In this document: positions 23,800 to 35,973 of the stretch, one piece after another | Numbering within the stretch: the stretch's first letter is position 1 | How the letters are laid out: every line of letters starts with the position of its first letter | Assembly (NCBI GenBank): GCA_025201805.1 | Contig: MU619297.1 | Coordinates: 1-55,298 of the forward strand | Source of the DNA: Parasitella parasitica NRRL 2501 | Taxonomy: Eukaryota; Fungi; Mucoromycota | Direction: 5' to 3' | Length of the DNA stretch: 55,298 bases | The notes under the pieces: model-generated | Told to the model about the DNA's origin: nothing | The model's input: the letters and a program-made list of their open reading frames with translations, nothing else | Database searches by the model: none | Translations under genes and position numbers: made by a program

Positions 23800-26700
23800 A
23801 TGGAGAAAGCTGCTCTAAGAAACAGAAAGCTCAAACCTTCAGTCAAGACTACAGCTACTTCAACAAGTAGAGCAAAATCAGCTGATATCAACACTGCCAA
23901 AGACAACAGCAATTCAAAAGGAAAAACTCCAGATGGCACAGGTTTTTATTTTTCACAGCTTGACTTGATGATGAATACAAAACTGATCTGACAAATGCAA
24001 CGTGTAGTGTTTCGCGTCCCCGTAACAAGAGAGATGGTGCAATCGCTGATGGATCCCAAGGAACCCAAGAGTTTATTTGATATTGCGACACTGGCTATTC
24101 TTATGTGTGAAATTACACTACTTTTCATCCTGCCTCGCAAAACGTCTCAGTATCTGTTTTTGGCACTATTCTTGTTTTGGAGGTTTGGATATAACGATGG
24201 ACTGGGCATCTTGTTAAAGTATCAGAGCGATAAACGAGGTCTAGTCAAATTGGTGAAAAAGCATCGTGTTTTTGAGAATCCAAAGTGGAGAAAATGGCTT
24301 AAAATGCAGCTATCAATGAAGATGCACAAAGATTACGACTTTGATTCGAGTCCTATCGAGTACAACACATGGCTGCTGTTTCGTCAATTGGTAGATTTGA
24401 TCTTGATGAATGATTTTGGCTCGTACGTTTGCTTTGCTATCGCTTGGTTCAACACAAGTCCGCAATCATCTTTCTTTATTGACGAACAATTGCGTTGGAT
24501 CGGTGGTATATTTTTGATCTTGTTCAACATTTGGGTAAAATTGGATGCACAGCGAGTTGTGAAGGATTTCGCTTGGTATTGGGGAGACTTTTTCTTCTTG
24601 ATCGAGCAATCTTTGACGTTTGACGGTGTATTTGAAATGGCCCCTCATCCCATGTGCTCTGTAGGCTATATTGGCTACTATGGTATTTCCTTGATTTGTG
24701 CGAGTTATACTGTCTTGTTTGTCAGCATTCTTGCGCATATCCTGCAGATGGCTTTTTTGGTCTTGGTGGAAACTCTACGTGGGTGTACATTGTGGATTAT
24801 TAGTAAGCAATACTAACGCTTTTGTATGTTGTCAACACAGACATTGAGAAAACATACTACCCTCCTGCAGCTCCAAAGCGCCAGCCTATTGTTAACGAAT
24901 CTCTAGACGATGATGCCACCACCTTGATCAAGTCTGTGTTATCGATAAACAGCTATAGCAATTACTTCCGCCGAGATTTGATTGTTTTCAAGAACTTTGA
25001 TTTATGTCAATCAAGTGATTTGGCATCAGCTCTGGTCATGGTTTATGCCGCACACCGTTTCTTGTGCAAGGCAAATGTGGTACAATCTATGCAGTGTTAC
25101 AAGCCATGTTCTGGCGTTTATTTCATTCTGCTGGATTAGGCTGGCTACTGTATGCTCAGTCTTAAAACAAGTTTTTCACTAGACATTTTGTGAAATGGGG
25201 CGGAGGAGTGAATGAAGCATTTCAGAATTGGAAAAGGTATGCGGTGTGTTTTTCGCTAAAAGAGTGACAGGAGTTAACTCTCCGTATTGTAGCATCTATA
25301 ATTTATCATCTTGTATGACCTATGTTTCTTTTATCACGCTCTGTTCCAAGCTATACTCACTGCCAACTGACTGGACGTATGGCATGACATTATTAAGACA
25401 TACGCTGGGCTTAGTGAGTGTAAAAAAGCATTGTTAATGGAGGATTACTAAGACTTTATACATTACAGGCATTTGTTTGTTTGCATATCTGGACATCCGT
25501 GTCTACCTACGAAGTACTAGGTGATTTTGGTTGGTTTTATGGAGATTTCTTTATGGATGATCATCCTACCCGACTTTTATACACTGGAATTTATCGATTT
25601 CTCAACAATCCCGAAAAGATTATGGGCCATGCTGCATTCTGGGGATTCAGCTTGATCACCTACAGCCATTATACATTTGGATTGGCCTTATTTTCTCAGA
25701 TTTCAAACGTGTTGTTCCTGCAGCTCGTTGAACGTCCTCACATGCAAAAATTGTATGGTGATGAAATTCGCAAGGAAGCCGGTTTAACCAAGACACTGCG
25801 ACATGCTGCTCAAACCATACCCAAAAATTTGCCAGTCAGTGTTCAGCAAGAAATCGCAAAGTTTGTCCACGAACAAGCACCCAATAATAGTTTCGTCATT
25901 GGTGAGCGCATCAAGGTAGATTGGATTGCTCCTGAATATCATGGGCCCAAGGATTAGGTTGGCATCTATCGCACCACGTCAAATCCTAGCAAACAAACCA
26001 CGTCGGTAAGCTCATACGGTAAATGGTATTGGACCAATGTAGACTTCACACAAGACGAGGGCGAAAGAGTGGCTGTATTTCCACCTGAAATACCAATCAA
26101 GACGCACAGCAGCGTTGTATTTAGTGGTCCCAAGTTACCCTGGCATGAAGGCACCTATGAGATTCGATACCATCATAACAACAAGAACAAGGTAATGGTA
26201 AGAAGTATACCATTTGAGATAACTGCACCGCCTATGCCGGATCCAGACGACGAGGACGCCATCCAGCTTTTGCTTTTGAGACTTGTACAAAAAATGTTTT
26301 AGATAACGATCCCGTCAAAATGCCAATGTCACCTATTGACGATTAAAGTTACCTGGACGAACATACTGCTAAAAAGGTTGCGCATGTTATCAAATTGGTA
26401 TTTGGCATCGAGTTTGCTTGGAAGGTGATTGTGGCTGATATTCGGGTTAGTCGATTAGCCAAAAGAGTAAGTCTTCTATAAAGCACCGTTATCCAGATAT
26501 ATGCTCAACTCGCAAAATCTATAGATCCAACATGCTTTGAATGCTTTATCACCCTTTTCAAACCAACAGCAGATAAGAAAGAGGCCTTCCGCTGTTTCAA
26601 TTTCTTTCATGAAATCTTTATCCACATTCCCTCCAAGTGCTGTTTTAGATAATAGTATGCATCCCATTGCTATTGCCATGCAGCAGAGCTCAAAGTCGGA

Positions 26701-26818
26701 CGACTCTTATGATATTTTTGAGAGTCATGCAACGCCTTGCAATGTTGCAGGAGCAACATTTACGATCCGGTTCCCTTTCATGTGCTGTGCATCTAGGCTA
26801 AGCTTCTTCCATCACTAG
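23800..26818 (+). pseudogene. CHO2: Phosphatidylethanolamine N-methyltransferase (Cho2/Pem1) pseudogene
   Basis: Two PEMT halves (VVKDFAWYWGDFFF...FDGVFEMAPHPM; LGDFGWFYGDFF...YTGIYRFLNNPE). Frameshift near 25051, TAA 25162-25164, TAG 25955-25957 in HGPKD*VGIY, frameshift near 26295, TAA 26344-26346. 3' end uncertain. Confidence 0.88.
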
Positions 26819-27662
26819 GCTTTTATTTCTGCAACCTGAACAACTTGGAAGTTTAACATATTACTCATGAGGTCTTGAACAAACAACTAATTGTAAAATT
26901 AAGTTTGAAAATGAAAATCCGAAAGTTGACAATGGTGTCTACATTATTCAATGTTGGGTTATTTTAGTAGCATGTTTCATCTCCCTTGATCACAATAAGG
27001 GTAGTTTTTTTTGGCGAGATTTACACTTGGCATCCACCACTGTTCAGGCTGAATTAATGATTTTGTCGTTCGTTTTTCACCTTTAAATACTGACCACATT
27101 TGTACTGTTTAAGAACTCCTATCATATTGGATTTTGTTCCAGGTAAAATCAAAAAACTAAAAAACCATGGATACATTATTCGCAATGCTAATTTGATCAC
27201 CAGCAAGCCTCTGATGAGATTAACGAGGGATCCAATACTCAGAGAATATACTTTGATCTATTCATTGCTTTAGTTGCTTTTTACATCCTTGACGGCATAA
27301 ATCTCCAATTTTAATAACTCAAATTTGGAAATCGAAAAATTGTTTGGAAAGTTTTCATTTTATCTGGTAAAACATAGCCAATTAGAGAGCGTTTAGCTAG
27401 GATGACATAGCAACAAATATTTTAGGGCGTTTTTTCAGTCCTTTTAATTTTGTGTTGTTTTGTTTTTTTGTTCATTCACGACTTTGGTTAAAATACATGG
27501 ATGATCGTTAAGGTATATTTCTTGCGTAATTTGTCAAATTGGTTGTATTTTTATTGATACTGTAAATAACAGGATTTACAACGTAGATATAATAGCTAGG
27601 ATTGGAACCAAAAAGTGCAAAGATAAGTATTTTACAAGATGAACCATGAAGAAAGATCCCTT

Positions 27663-27937
27663 GCCTTCGCAGGTTGTAAGCCTATGGCCGTGTTTCATTT
27701 GGGCCTCTCACTGTACGGGTTGTTTCTTTTTGCTGCCTACCTTCTTGGGGCATATTTTTTATGCCTGGGAGGAATGCACCGGCTTCTTGAACAAGAGATG
27801 TCCCCATTCGCCTTCGCAGGTTGTAAGCCTATGGCCGTGTTTCATTTGGGCCTCTCACTGTACGGGCTGTCTCTTTTTGCTGCCTACCTTCTTGGGGCAT
27901 ATTTTTTATGCCTGGGAGGAATGCAACGGCTTCTTGA
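27663..27937 (+). repeat. Tandem direct repeat, 2 x 128 bp (period 147, 3 differences); candidate structured RNA
   Basis: Copies at 27663-27790 and 27810-27937; differences at 27720/27867, 27724/27871, 27779/27926. Confidence 0.95.
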
Positions 27938-28290
27938 GCGAATGGCTTAACTTCATGATTTCATACTTTTTTTTTTTTTTTTTTGAATCTTACATATTTT
28001 TTTTTAAAAAAAAAAAGAAACTATAGGCCGTCAGTAATTGATGTAAATGTCTGTTAGCCATGAACCAAAAATTGCCCGTTTGCTACATGTGGTAACCGCT
28101 TAGGTGTACCAAGACACTTACCAAATTGAGATCCATGGCCTTGCCTTAATAATTATTACCATTCAAGTATCAAGTCCTTTGCTAACTGCATTCAATATCT
28201 ATAACTGAACAACCATATTATATATCTATCACCGAATCGTAAAAGTATAAATACTCATCAATTTTATCAAATAAGAAATCATGTATACAT

Positions 28291-29658
28291 TACAACAGTT
28301 GCCGAAGCGAAGGTAGAAGAAGTGGTACAGGCTTTCCAGCCACGCTTTATTTTCAGTATATAACTAAGAATCTTGTCTCATAATCCCCTCTTTCTCCAGA
28401 TCTTTCAAGCTATGCTAATAATTCAATTTTTTTTTTTTGGGAGGGAATTGAGACGATAAAGTGAAATAAGATGAGAGAGAAATTAAGAGAGCCATCTCTT
28501 ATACCAGGGTTGGGATTGTACCACTTCTTCTACCTTCGCTTCGGCAACTGTTGTATTGTCTGTTGTGCCTAAGACAATCCTTGTTGCCTTCGCTTCGGTC
28601 TCCGAAGTGATACGATTGTCAGCTTGCGAAAAAATTGAATTCTGAATGATGGTACTAGAGGATTGTTGATACGCAGGTTTGTAGTAGTACTTCTCAAATG
28701 TATTCAAATGAGCGGCCCAGTTAGCATGATCCTTGACTTGGGCAATAGAAATACCCTTTTGAACTGCTTTTGTGCTAGCTGCAGCCCTGATGGAGTGCGG
28801 TTTGTATTCGTTGCTGATGCCTGCCTCGGCCATATGGTAGCTGACCCAGGCGGCCACTGTTGCTGGTTTTATGCTGGATGGTGGACCTTGCTGAGGGTCG
28901 TTGAGGTACGTCAACAATAGAGTATGGTCTTCTGGTAAGGTAGTACGGAAAGGCAGAGATATTTGTAGAAATAGAGACATGCAACGGACCAGACACAACT
29001 CCTCCCCCGGCGTACTAAGTAGACCCAACCTTATACTCTTGTGCTGTGCTTCTTTTGGCTGCCTGATTTGAAGTATGAGGCCAAGCAAAGAGCCATCCTC
29101 CGAGCGGCGCAAGACGGTGTCCCGGAACTGGAGAGTACCAATGTCACTTCGAGGACGCCACATCGTGTGGAGGCAGAGAAGCAATACAAGTTTTTGTTGA
29201 AGGTCGTATAGGGAGAGACGGGAGGAAGGGGGCAAGGCGGTAACAATATAGTTCGCCAGAATGTCTGTATCCCATGTTTCAAGAGTTGCTAAACTGGATA
29301 CTTTGGTGGTCTTTTGTCTCTTCGCCCTGAAGAATGCCATTATGTCCGGGTCTTCAGCCAAAGGAGGGTGATGGGGGTACAGGACGGAGAGTACTGAAGC
29401 AATTGCGGACCTATACCCATTAAGCGTCGACGGTGCCAAGTGAGAGTAACATGTTATAAATTCGAGAACTTGCTTCGTACCATATAAAAAAGGATCAAGC
29501 TTGCGTTCCTTGCACCATTCTTCATATTTGTCCCACCCAAGGTCATACATCTTGTTGGTGGAGTCGCGATTGTAGTGTGCATTAGCTGCAAGATCGACAG
29601 CATCACGTTGGTATTTTAACATTAGACATCCGTTCTTCTCTTTTTCTGTTGTTGTCAC
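28291..29658 (-). mobile_element. DIRS-type tyrosine-recombinase retrotransposon, 3' part (YR ORF, ICR, right terminus)
   Basis: YR ORF plus a perfect 39-bp inverted match between 28291-28329 and 28517-28555, the latter overlapping the end of the YR ORF as DIRS ICRs do. No gag/RT visible. Confidence 0.85.
28483..29658 (-). CDS. Tyrosine recombinase of a DIRS element
   Basis: SAM-like region (STLNGYRSAIASV) and catalytic residues R (MWRPRSD), HxxR (PHSIR), W (ANW), Y (TFEKYYYKP). The extreme N-terminus may not belong to the element. Confidence 0.9.
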   Translation of the reverse strand: MTTTEKEKNGCLMLKYQRDAVDLAANAHYNRDSTNKMYDLGWDKYEEWCKERKLDPFLYGTKQVLEFITCYSHLAPSTLNGYRSAIASVLSVLYPHHPPLAEDPDIMAFFRAKRQKTTKVSSLATLETWDTDILANYIVTALPPSSRLSLYDLQQKLVLLLCLHTMWRPRSDIGTLQFRDTVLRRSEDGSLLGLILQIRQPKEAQHKSIRLGLLSTPGEELCLVRCMSLFLQISLPFRTTLPEDHTLLLTYLNDPQQGPPSSIKPATVAAWVSYHMAEAGISNEYKPHSIRAAASTKAVQKGISIAQVKDHANWAAHLNTFEKYYYKPAYQQSSSTIIQNSIFSQADNRITSETEAKATRIVLGTTDNTTVAEAKVEEVVQSQPWYKRWLS

Positions 29659-29697
29659 TGGAATTAAACAGCGTATTTTTAAGAATTATCGAATAGG

Positions 29698-31184
29698 CAC
29701 ACTTTTAAAAATAATATTTGCACACTTGTAAGAATAGTTTTTGCACACTTTCTTAATTAATTCCACACAGTTTTTAAAAAGACATTACTTGAATGAACTT
29801 TCAGTTNNNNNNNNNNNNNNNNNNNNNNNNNNNNNNNNNNNNNNNNNNNNNNNNNNNNNNNNNNNNNNNNNNNNNNNNNNNNNNNNNNNNNNNNNNNNNN
29901 NNNNNNNNNNNNNNNNNNNNNNNNNNNNNNNNNNNNNNNNNNNNNNNNNNNNNNNNNNNNNNNNNNNNNNNNNNNNNNNNNNNNNNNNNNNNNNNNNNNN
30001 NNNNNNNNNNNNNNNNNNNNNNNNNNNNNNNNNNNNNNNNNNNNNNNNNNNNNNNNNNNNNNNNNNNNNNNNNNNNNNNNNNNNNNNNNNNCATATGACT
30101 GGCTGAAGAAGGATCAGAAAGATATTATGGAAAGAATCAATCCTGATAATCACATTGAAACCGAAAACTTACCACCTAAAAAGAAAGCCGGTCGACCAGT
30201 ATTGTTGGGTGAAGAACATAAGAAGCATTTAGAAGATAACTTTATCGACCATCCTTCGGCAACATTAGATCAAGCAATGGAAAGCCTTACTACCCAATTT
30301 TCTGACTTGAAGGTGTCAAAAACCACTGTTTACAATTTCATGACACAAAACTGCGCCTTGTCATTCAAAAAGGCTCATTTTCATTCACAAGAAAGAAATT
30401 CGCCTGCAAGCATTCAAAGAAAATTTGAATGGGTAGTTCGATGGGCTGAGACCGATATGGATTTTAACAGCAACTGTGTGTTTATCGACGAATCTGCGTT
30501 TCATATCAATTTGAAAAGGGCAATGGCTTGGTCAAAAAAGGGAGCTCGAGCTGAAGTAGTCCAACCTTTAACCAGAGCCAAGACGACAACTATATTGGGA
30601 GCCATTTCCCCCTTCGGTGTCATCAATGTCAAAGTTAGTACCATATGCTGAAGTTTCTAAGAAACGAAAAGTGACAGGAGGTAGTAAGGCTCAGAAGACT
30701 GCTGGAACTTTACTGGGCATTATATGAATTTTATTTCGAGCACCTTAGATGTCATGGATCGTCACGAAGAATTCAAAGGGAATTATCTTATCATGGATAA
30801 TGCCCCTATCCATACATCAGATAGCATCAGAAGATTCATTGAGAGCCGTGGGTACGGATGTGTTTATCTTCCCCCTTATTCGCCTGAGCTCAATCCAATT
30901 GAGCAATTCTGGTTAGTTGTAAAGAGTAAATTAAAAAAGGAAAAGCTCTTGCAGAGCGAAACTCTTAATATGAGAATCGCTGAAGCTTGTCATAATGTTC
31001 TCTTTAGCGACTTGGAAAGATTCTGTCGTTATTCTGCTTTAAAATTTGAAACCTGCTTCAATAAAGAACCTCTATAATATAATTTGCACACAGTGTGCAA
31101 AAAATAAAATAAAAAGCGTGGAGAAAGTAATAAAATATGAGCAATTTTTTCCTCAGCTTGTGCGAATAATTTCTGAAAATAGTG
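29698..31184 (+). mobile_element. Tc1/IS630 DD34E DNA transposon with frameshifted transposase (visible 30092-31077), spanning an assembly gap
   Basis: CVFIDESAF, LIMDNAPIH, LPPYSPELNPIE with 34 residues between D and E. Right end ...TGTGCGAATAATTTCTGAAAATAGTG followed by TA loosely inverts 29698-29730. Boundaries tentative. Confidence 0.85.
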
Positions 31185-31389
31185 TATCAGTCTTTTTAAG
31201 GTTTAGAGAAAAAAAAGTTCAAGTAAATCCAACTATTTCATTCTGTTCTCTCATTTAATTATACGTCTTTTCAAAAATCATAGCATATTCAGTCAAATGA
31301 CCATCTCTATTTTTATAACCTCACATTATCATTTTATGTAACATCTGTTGAGTCAAGAAAGCATATCCAGTATCAAGGAAAGAATATAA

Positions 31390-31412
31390 CAGTTGGACTC
31401 GTTATAACGGAC
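31390..31412 (+). mobile_element. Possible solo pogo/Tigger-like TIR remnant
   Basis: CAGTTGGACTCGTTATAACGGAC resembles CAGT..AC(C)TCG.TATAACG-type termini; no partner TIR seen. Confidence 0.3.
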
Positions 31413-33575
31413 AGGTTGATGAACAAAAATGTGTTCGGTGTAGCGAGCTATCCACCATTCAGAATTTGATATTTTACAGCACAAATGCCTGGAACCTGGA
31501 ATCTACCAGAAGCTTATTATTAAGCTTGACTTTAATTAGTAAAATTGCCCTCAACCTCAATCCTAACCTCTACTTTACTTTCTATTTTACATGCGTAGCA
31601 TTAGAATCGCAAAAAAAAAGGAACTCTTGAGTTGACATTAAACATTATTATAGGCATGATAATAGAGCTTCTCTGTCACTAGCAATTAGCAACTTATGAA
31701 TTTTTTACAATAAATAGGGCTTTGCCATGTACTAGAATTGAAATTGACGTGATATCATCTCCAGATAGATATTTTTTACAGCTTAAAAGCAAGAACTTTA
31801 GCTTCGCGAGCCATTTTTTGATTAATTTTCATTACCAAAAGTGCCCTGAAAACACGAAAAATAGTATCCATTGGTAAAAAACTATATTATATATGATTTT
31901 GGTGCAATTTGGGTATGATTTTTTTTTCGGTGCAAAATCACGGATTTTTTCAATTTTTTCCTTGTATCCACGCATCCAAAATCATTGATTATGCATTATT
32001 CTCGATTTTGACCTCAAAAATGCAACTTTTTACTATGACATATATTGGAGGAAAATGATCGTAAAAGACCATTCCTTGATCTGAAAGACTGGAAATGCGC
32101 TTTGATTAAACAAAATATTGAATTTTCCCTCTTGATTTGTTTTGAGGTTTTTTCAACATAATTCCTTCCATAAGCATACGAGAGTTATGAAATAATACCA
32201 TCGTGTAGAGCGTCCAAAAATACAGCTATTATCATAGACTGACAGCCGTGGTATGCATAATATCAGAAGATGATATCTTGCCTTAAAAAAGTAATTTTGT
32301 TTTCTAATTGTACAAATGGAGTTTCTGAAAGAATGTTTACTTCCTGATTTTGGACGCGTTTAATCTCCGCTATCAAAGAAAAATGGTGTTTTTTTGACGA
32401 AAGCATTAGCTTTAGGAAGCCATAGCTTACCCAATTCAAGAGAAGAACAATAGAAATTTATATTATTTAAATAGTGTACTTCTTGGCTTCCTAATGGTAG
32501 TACTTGCATGTCTCCACCTGGCCTGAAGATCTCACGCTTCGATTTTGAAAATACTTTTTCGAAAAAAAGTCAAAAAAGTCGTTACCTCCATCTGATGTCA
32601 GCTTAAAAAGTACAAAAAATTGGTCTAAGCTATGCAAATATGTAACCAAAAGGCGCCTTATAGCCTATTGCATTACTTTGCATTACTCTTTTTTGTGTTT
32701 GAGGCTGCTAAACATTGCTTTCTTACAGTTTTTGTCTTTTTTCTGACATTAACACACTGAGGTTCGCATAGACCAAAAAAAAAAAAAAAATCAAGCGCCT
32801 AAAACCTGCGATGGCTTTGCAAAGACACACACTTTTAACCCATTCCAATATGATAGAAAAGATGGCACAGGTTTGACTAGCTGCTCTACTGTGCAACTGG
32901 ATATAGAGAACCCAGCTTGGCATATGTCTGGCAAGACCTTCTACACTAGAATACGCCAAATCAGCTGAAGGTATAAGGAAATGCCAAAGAAAATGAAACA
33001 ATCTGCCACCAGGATAACACACTCATTCATAAAAAATGATCTGTATAATTCCAAGGACATAAATGTATTTATCTTCAACCTTGCTCTCCGTTCCTGAATC
33101 CAATTGACGGTTTTTGACCCAAAGTCAACAGACACATTTACACCCAGAATCACAGATGTTTGTCAATAGACATTCATAACCTTTTCTAAAGACTACCTTG
33201 GACTTAAAGAAACGACACAATCTCTTTGTATTTTAACTATGAATGAAACAAAGCAATAAATCTTTTTCTCTAAATATTGAAATCCCCACTTGAAATTTTT
33301 TCAGGGAGACATTTCTCTACTCTCAGAAACTTGTTAACTTTTATCAGAGATAAAAGGGTTTTTTTTACCAGAAACCCTAATATATATTATCACAATCACC
33401 ATGGCCTTTATCATTTGCTTGAACTTTTTTTTCCAGAAACTGCTAAATAACAGTAGCATGCAGGAAACAACATGCATAGGGCAGAAAACGACTGCCTATC
33501 GTGACTATATGTTTCATGGACGCGCAACAAAAGCAAAGCATAATACAAACTCGCTGTACTTTACTGCTTCGTATC

Positions 33576-34498
33576 ATGTCATTTGTACCTGTTAAGGGCT
33601 TTAATAGCAACTCGTTCAAAAATTCTACTCTCATATTGGTAAGATAATGAAACAGTTTTGATTCAATTCCTCTAATCACTAGCCATAAAGCCTACTGTCT
33701 CGATCGGCAATGTGGCTCAGTTGGCATCTGATTTAATAATCCATACATTTAAGCTTGAGCGCGTTGGCTTTCTTGACGATGATTCAGTCTTGCCAGTGTC
33801 TGGTGTACGTGAGGACATCAATTTACCGGGCTCCACTGTTCCTATTGAAGGTAAATATTTGCAAAAGGTTGCGACGGCGCAACGTATTCTCATAATACTT
33901 TGATGCTACAGTGTACCAATCAAAAGATCAGCTTTGGACATGTATACAACAGCGTTCACCTACAATCAAAGGAAAAAGACAGGAGTTTTTGGATAATATG
34001 ACTAGATTTGGAGCACAGTTCCAAAAGGTTGTTATTCTGACCTCAATGGATGCGTCTCGTCGTTTAGATTCGCAGATTCAAGGTGAGCCGTTTAGGGTGT
34101 ATGGTGAGCATGGTTTGGTCATCCGTGCTGTTACTATGGGCATCCCAGTGCTGGAGAATTTTGAGCTCGACACAAGCCAGACTGATGATGAACATCATGT
34201 ACATTTACCTGGCTCTGGTTTAGCAAGGCATCTGTACCAGCAACTTGACCAGAAAGATATTGATACCACATTGCTTCTAATGTTTGCGCTGGAAGGAGGT
34301 ACATTTTCTCAACATAAAAGTATAAAACTCAACGCTCATCCATGTACATCTTTAGACAACGTCCAAGACGGCATTGAATTTGCTAGATGTGTCAACACAT
34401 TACTCAAAATTCAAACGACAGGACTCTCGCAATGGTCACCGCCAAAGAGCTGGAAGTTTTTATTTGGCACACCTTACAATGCAGAATTGTATCAATAA
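33576..34498 (+). CDS. PSMG2: Proteasome assembly chaperone 2 (PAC2)
   Basis: Spliced: NSTLIL|PTVSIGNVAQLASDLII...ERVG...IQQRSP...LTSMDA...EG|DNVQDG...WSPPKSWKFLFG...LYQ*. Confidence 0.9.
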
Positions 34499-34500
34499 AT

Positions 34501-35633
34501 TTAAAATGTTTCGTCATCGTATTGTTCTTCTTCTTCGCCTTCAGGTGGTACCTCAAATCCTTCTTCCGTTCTATAAAGAATAGCCTGAATTTCTTTGATA
34601 CAATCAACCTCTGCCGTCTCTTCTTGCGATGCTTCTAATTGCTCCTGAACCAAAATCTCTATTTCCCTCAACTTTCCAAAATAAAAATCCCTTTCTTTTT
34701 CCAATCCATCTACCGTTACTTTGAGTTCAGTAACTTGAGCTTTCAAATCATCGATTTTAGCGGCATCTGCTGACCCGCTCCCTCCTCCAACTTTAGCTGA
34801 TGGTTGTCTACCTGTTGGTGTGCGATTGGGGGGAGTTCGGGCTATAAAGATTGTAAATACACGGGTATATGAATTTAGTTTTTTTTTTTTTACCTGCAGA
34901 GCTGTTATTATTTATCGCTTTTCGTGCCATACTTGCAGCCCCGCCGGCAGCAGCATTAGAACGTCCACCGCCTTTTCTGCGTTGGGCTGCATTATACTCT
35001 CCTCCTGGAAAATTTTGCTCCCAGTATCGCTTCACCCATTGCATGAATTCAAGATTATCTTGAAATTTGCATTTCATCAGCTTGTCAACTGGAATAATCT
35101 ACGAGTTAAAAGGCATTTGCTTTAGAGAAGGCCAAAGAGTTGAAAAGCGTAGACTTTTTACCTTGTCGATTCTATTTTTAAGGGGTCAGGACACAAGGGA
35201 ATGATTGATGAAAACCCCCCCCCCAACAACAACAACAACACAAACGCGCGTTATTTTTCATGTCGACTTACTTGTGTTTATCAAAAGTGTGTTGAAGTAC
35301 CTTGAAGTTAGCTACATACTCATATTCAAGTTTAGTGTCAAACTTGACTTTTGACATGCTAACATCGTCTATCGAAAACATTTTTTTTTTTTTAATAATC
35401 TTGATTTCTTTGTGGGGATTACACGGCAAACAACTTACTAAACACAGAATCCATTATTTGACAATAGGCGGCACCTGTATTATTATATCGCGGTAAGCCA
35501 TTGTTTGCACTGTACATTCTCTTGATGAAATTCTCCCAAAGTTCTTACCTGTGCCTGCTTGCTCTACCTTGGTATAATTAAGATCTAAAAAACTGTTGAG
35601 CCAAGCCAGTAATTCGGTTCTAGATTCTCCCAT
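34501..35633 (-). CDS. BIM1: EB1-family microtubule plus-end tracking protein (Bim1/Mal3)
   Basis: MGESRTELLAWLN...GAAYCQIMDS...KLMKCKFQDNLEFMQW (CH domain), LEKERDFYFGKLREIE (EBH), acidic DETF tail; includes a 10-nt micro-exon. Confidence 0.95.
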
Positions 35634-35907
35634 AATGTATCGGCTTCTGTGTTGATAAGTGTTTAAAAACAAAGAGAAGGGTGAATAACCAGATCTCTTC
35701 TAGAGAAGTTAATAAATAGAGGGCGATCAAGGAATAGCAATGTTACAGAACAATGTGATGTCATTCGCCCGATTTTCAATAGCAGTTGCGACAATATGGA
35801 GTGTAGTGCAACCTCTCAATAGGCGCATCATTGACCTGGATCAAGTATGGTACTACTTCTCCAATAAGCCACCTGGTGACCATCTTGAGGTAAACTTGGC
35901 CATCAAA

Positions 35908-35938
<31 letters not shown>

Positions 35939-35973
35939 NNNNNNNNNNNNNNNTAATAAATCAAACATTTAAC

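Noticed and set aside
25162-26346. Stop-codon reassignment or readthrough in CHO2
   Set aside because: Stops fall at positions expecting different residues and co-occur with frameshifts; other genes end normally in TAA/TAG/TGA.
27200-27250. Hammerhead ribozyme at CTGATGAG
   Set aside because: No GAAA after a stem II and no stem III/NUH site.
27639-28026. 103-aa and 126-aa ORFs with a repeated hydrophobic 49-aa unit (possible toxin/peptide precursor)
   Set aside because: Two frames are open at once, the period is simply divisible by 3, and the copy differences are better explained by RNA pairing. Not fully excluded.
29741-30153. ORFs containing long X runs
   Set aside because: Artefacts of the N gap.
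32720-33160. Coding-like remnant
   Set aside because: Interrupted by stops, with no recognisable motif.
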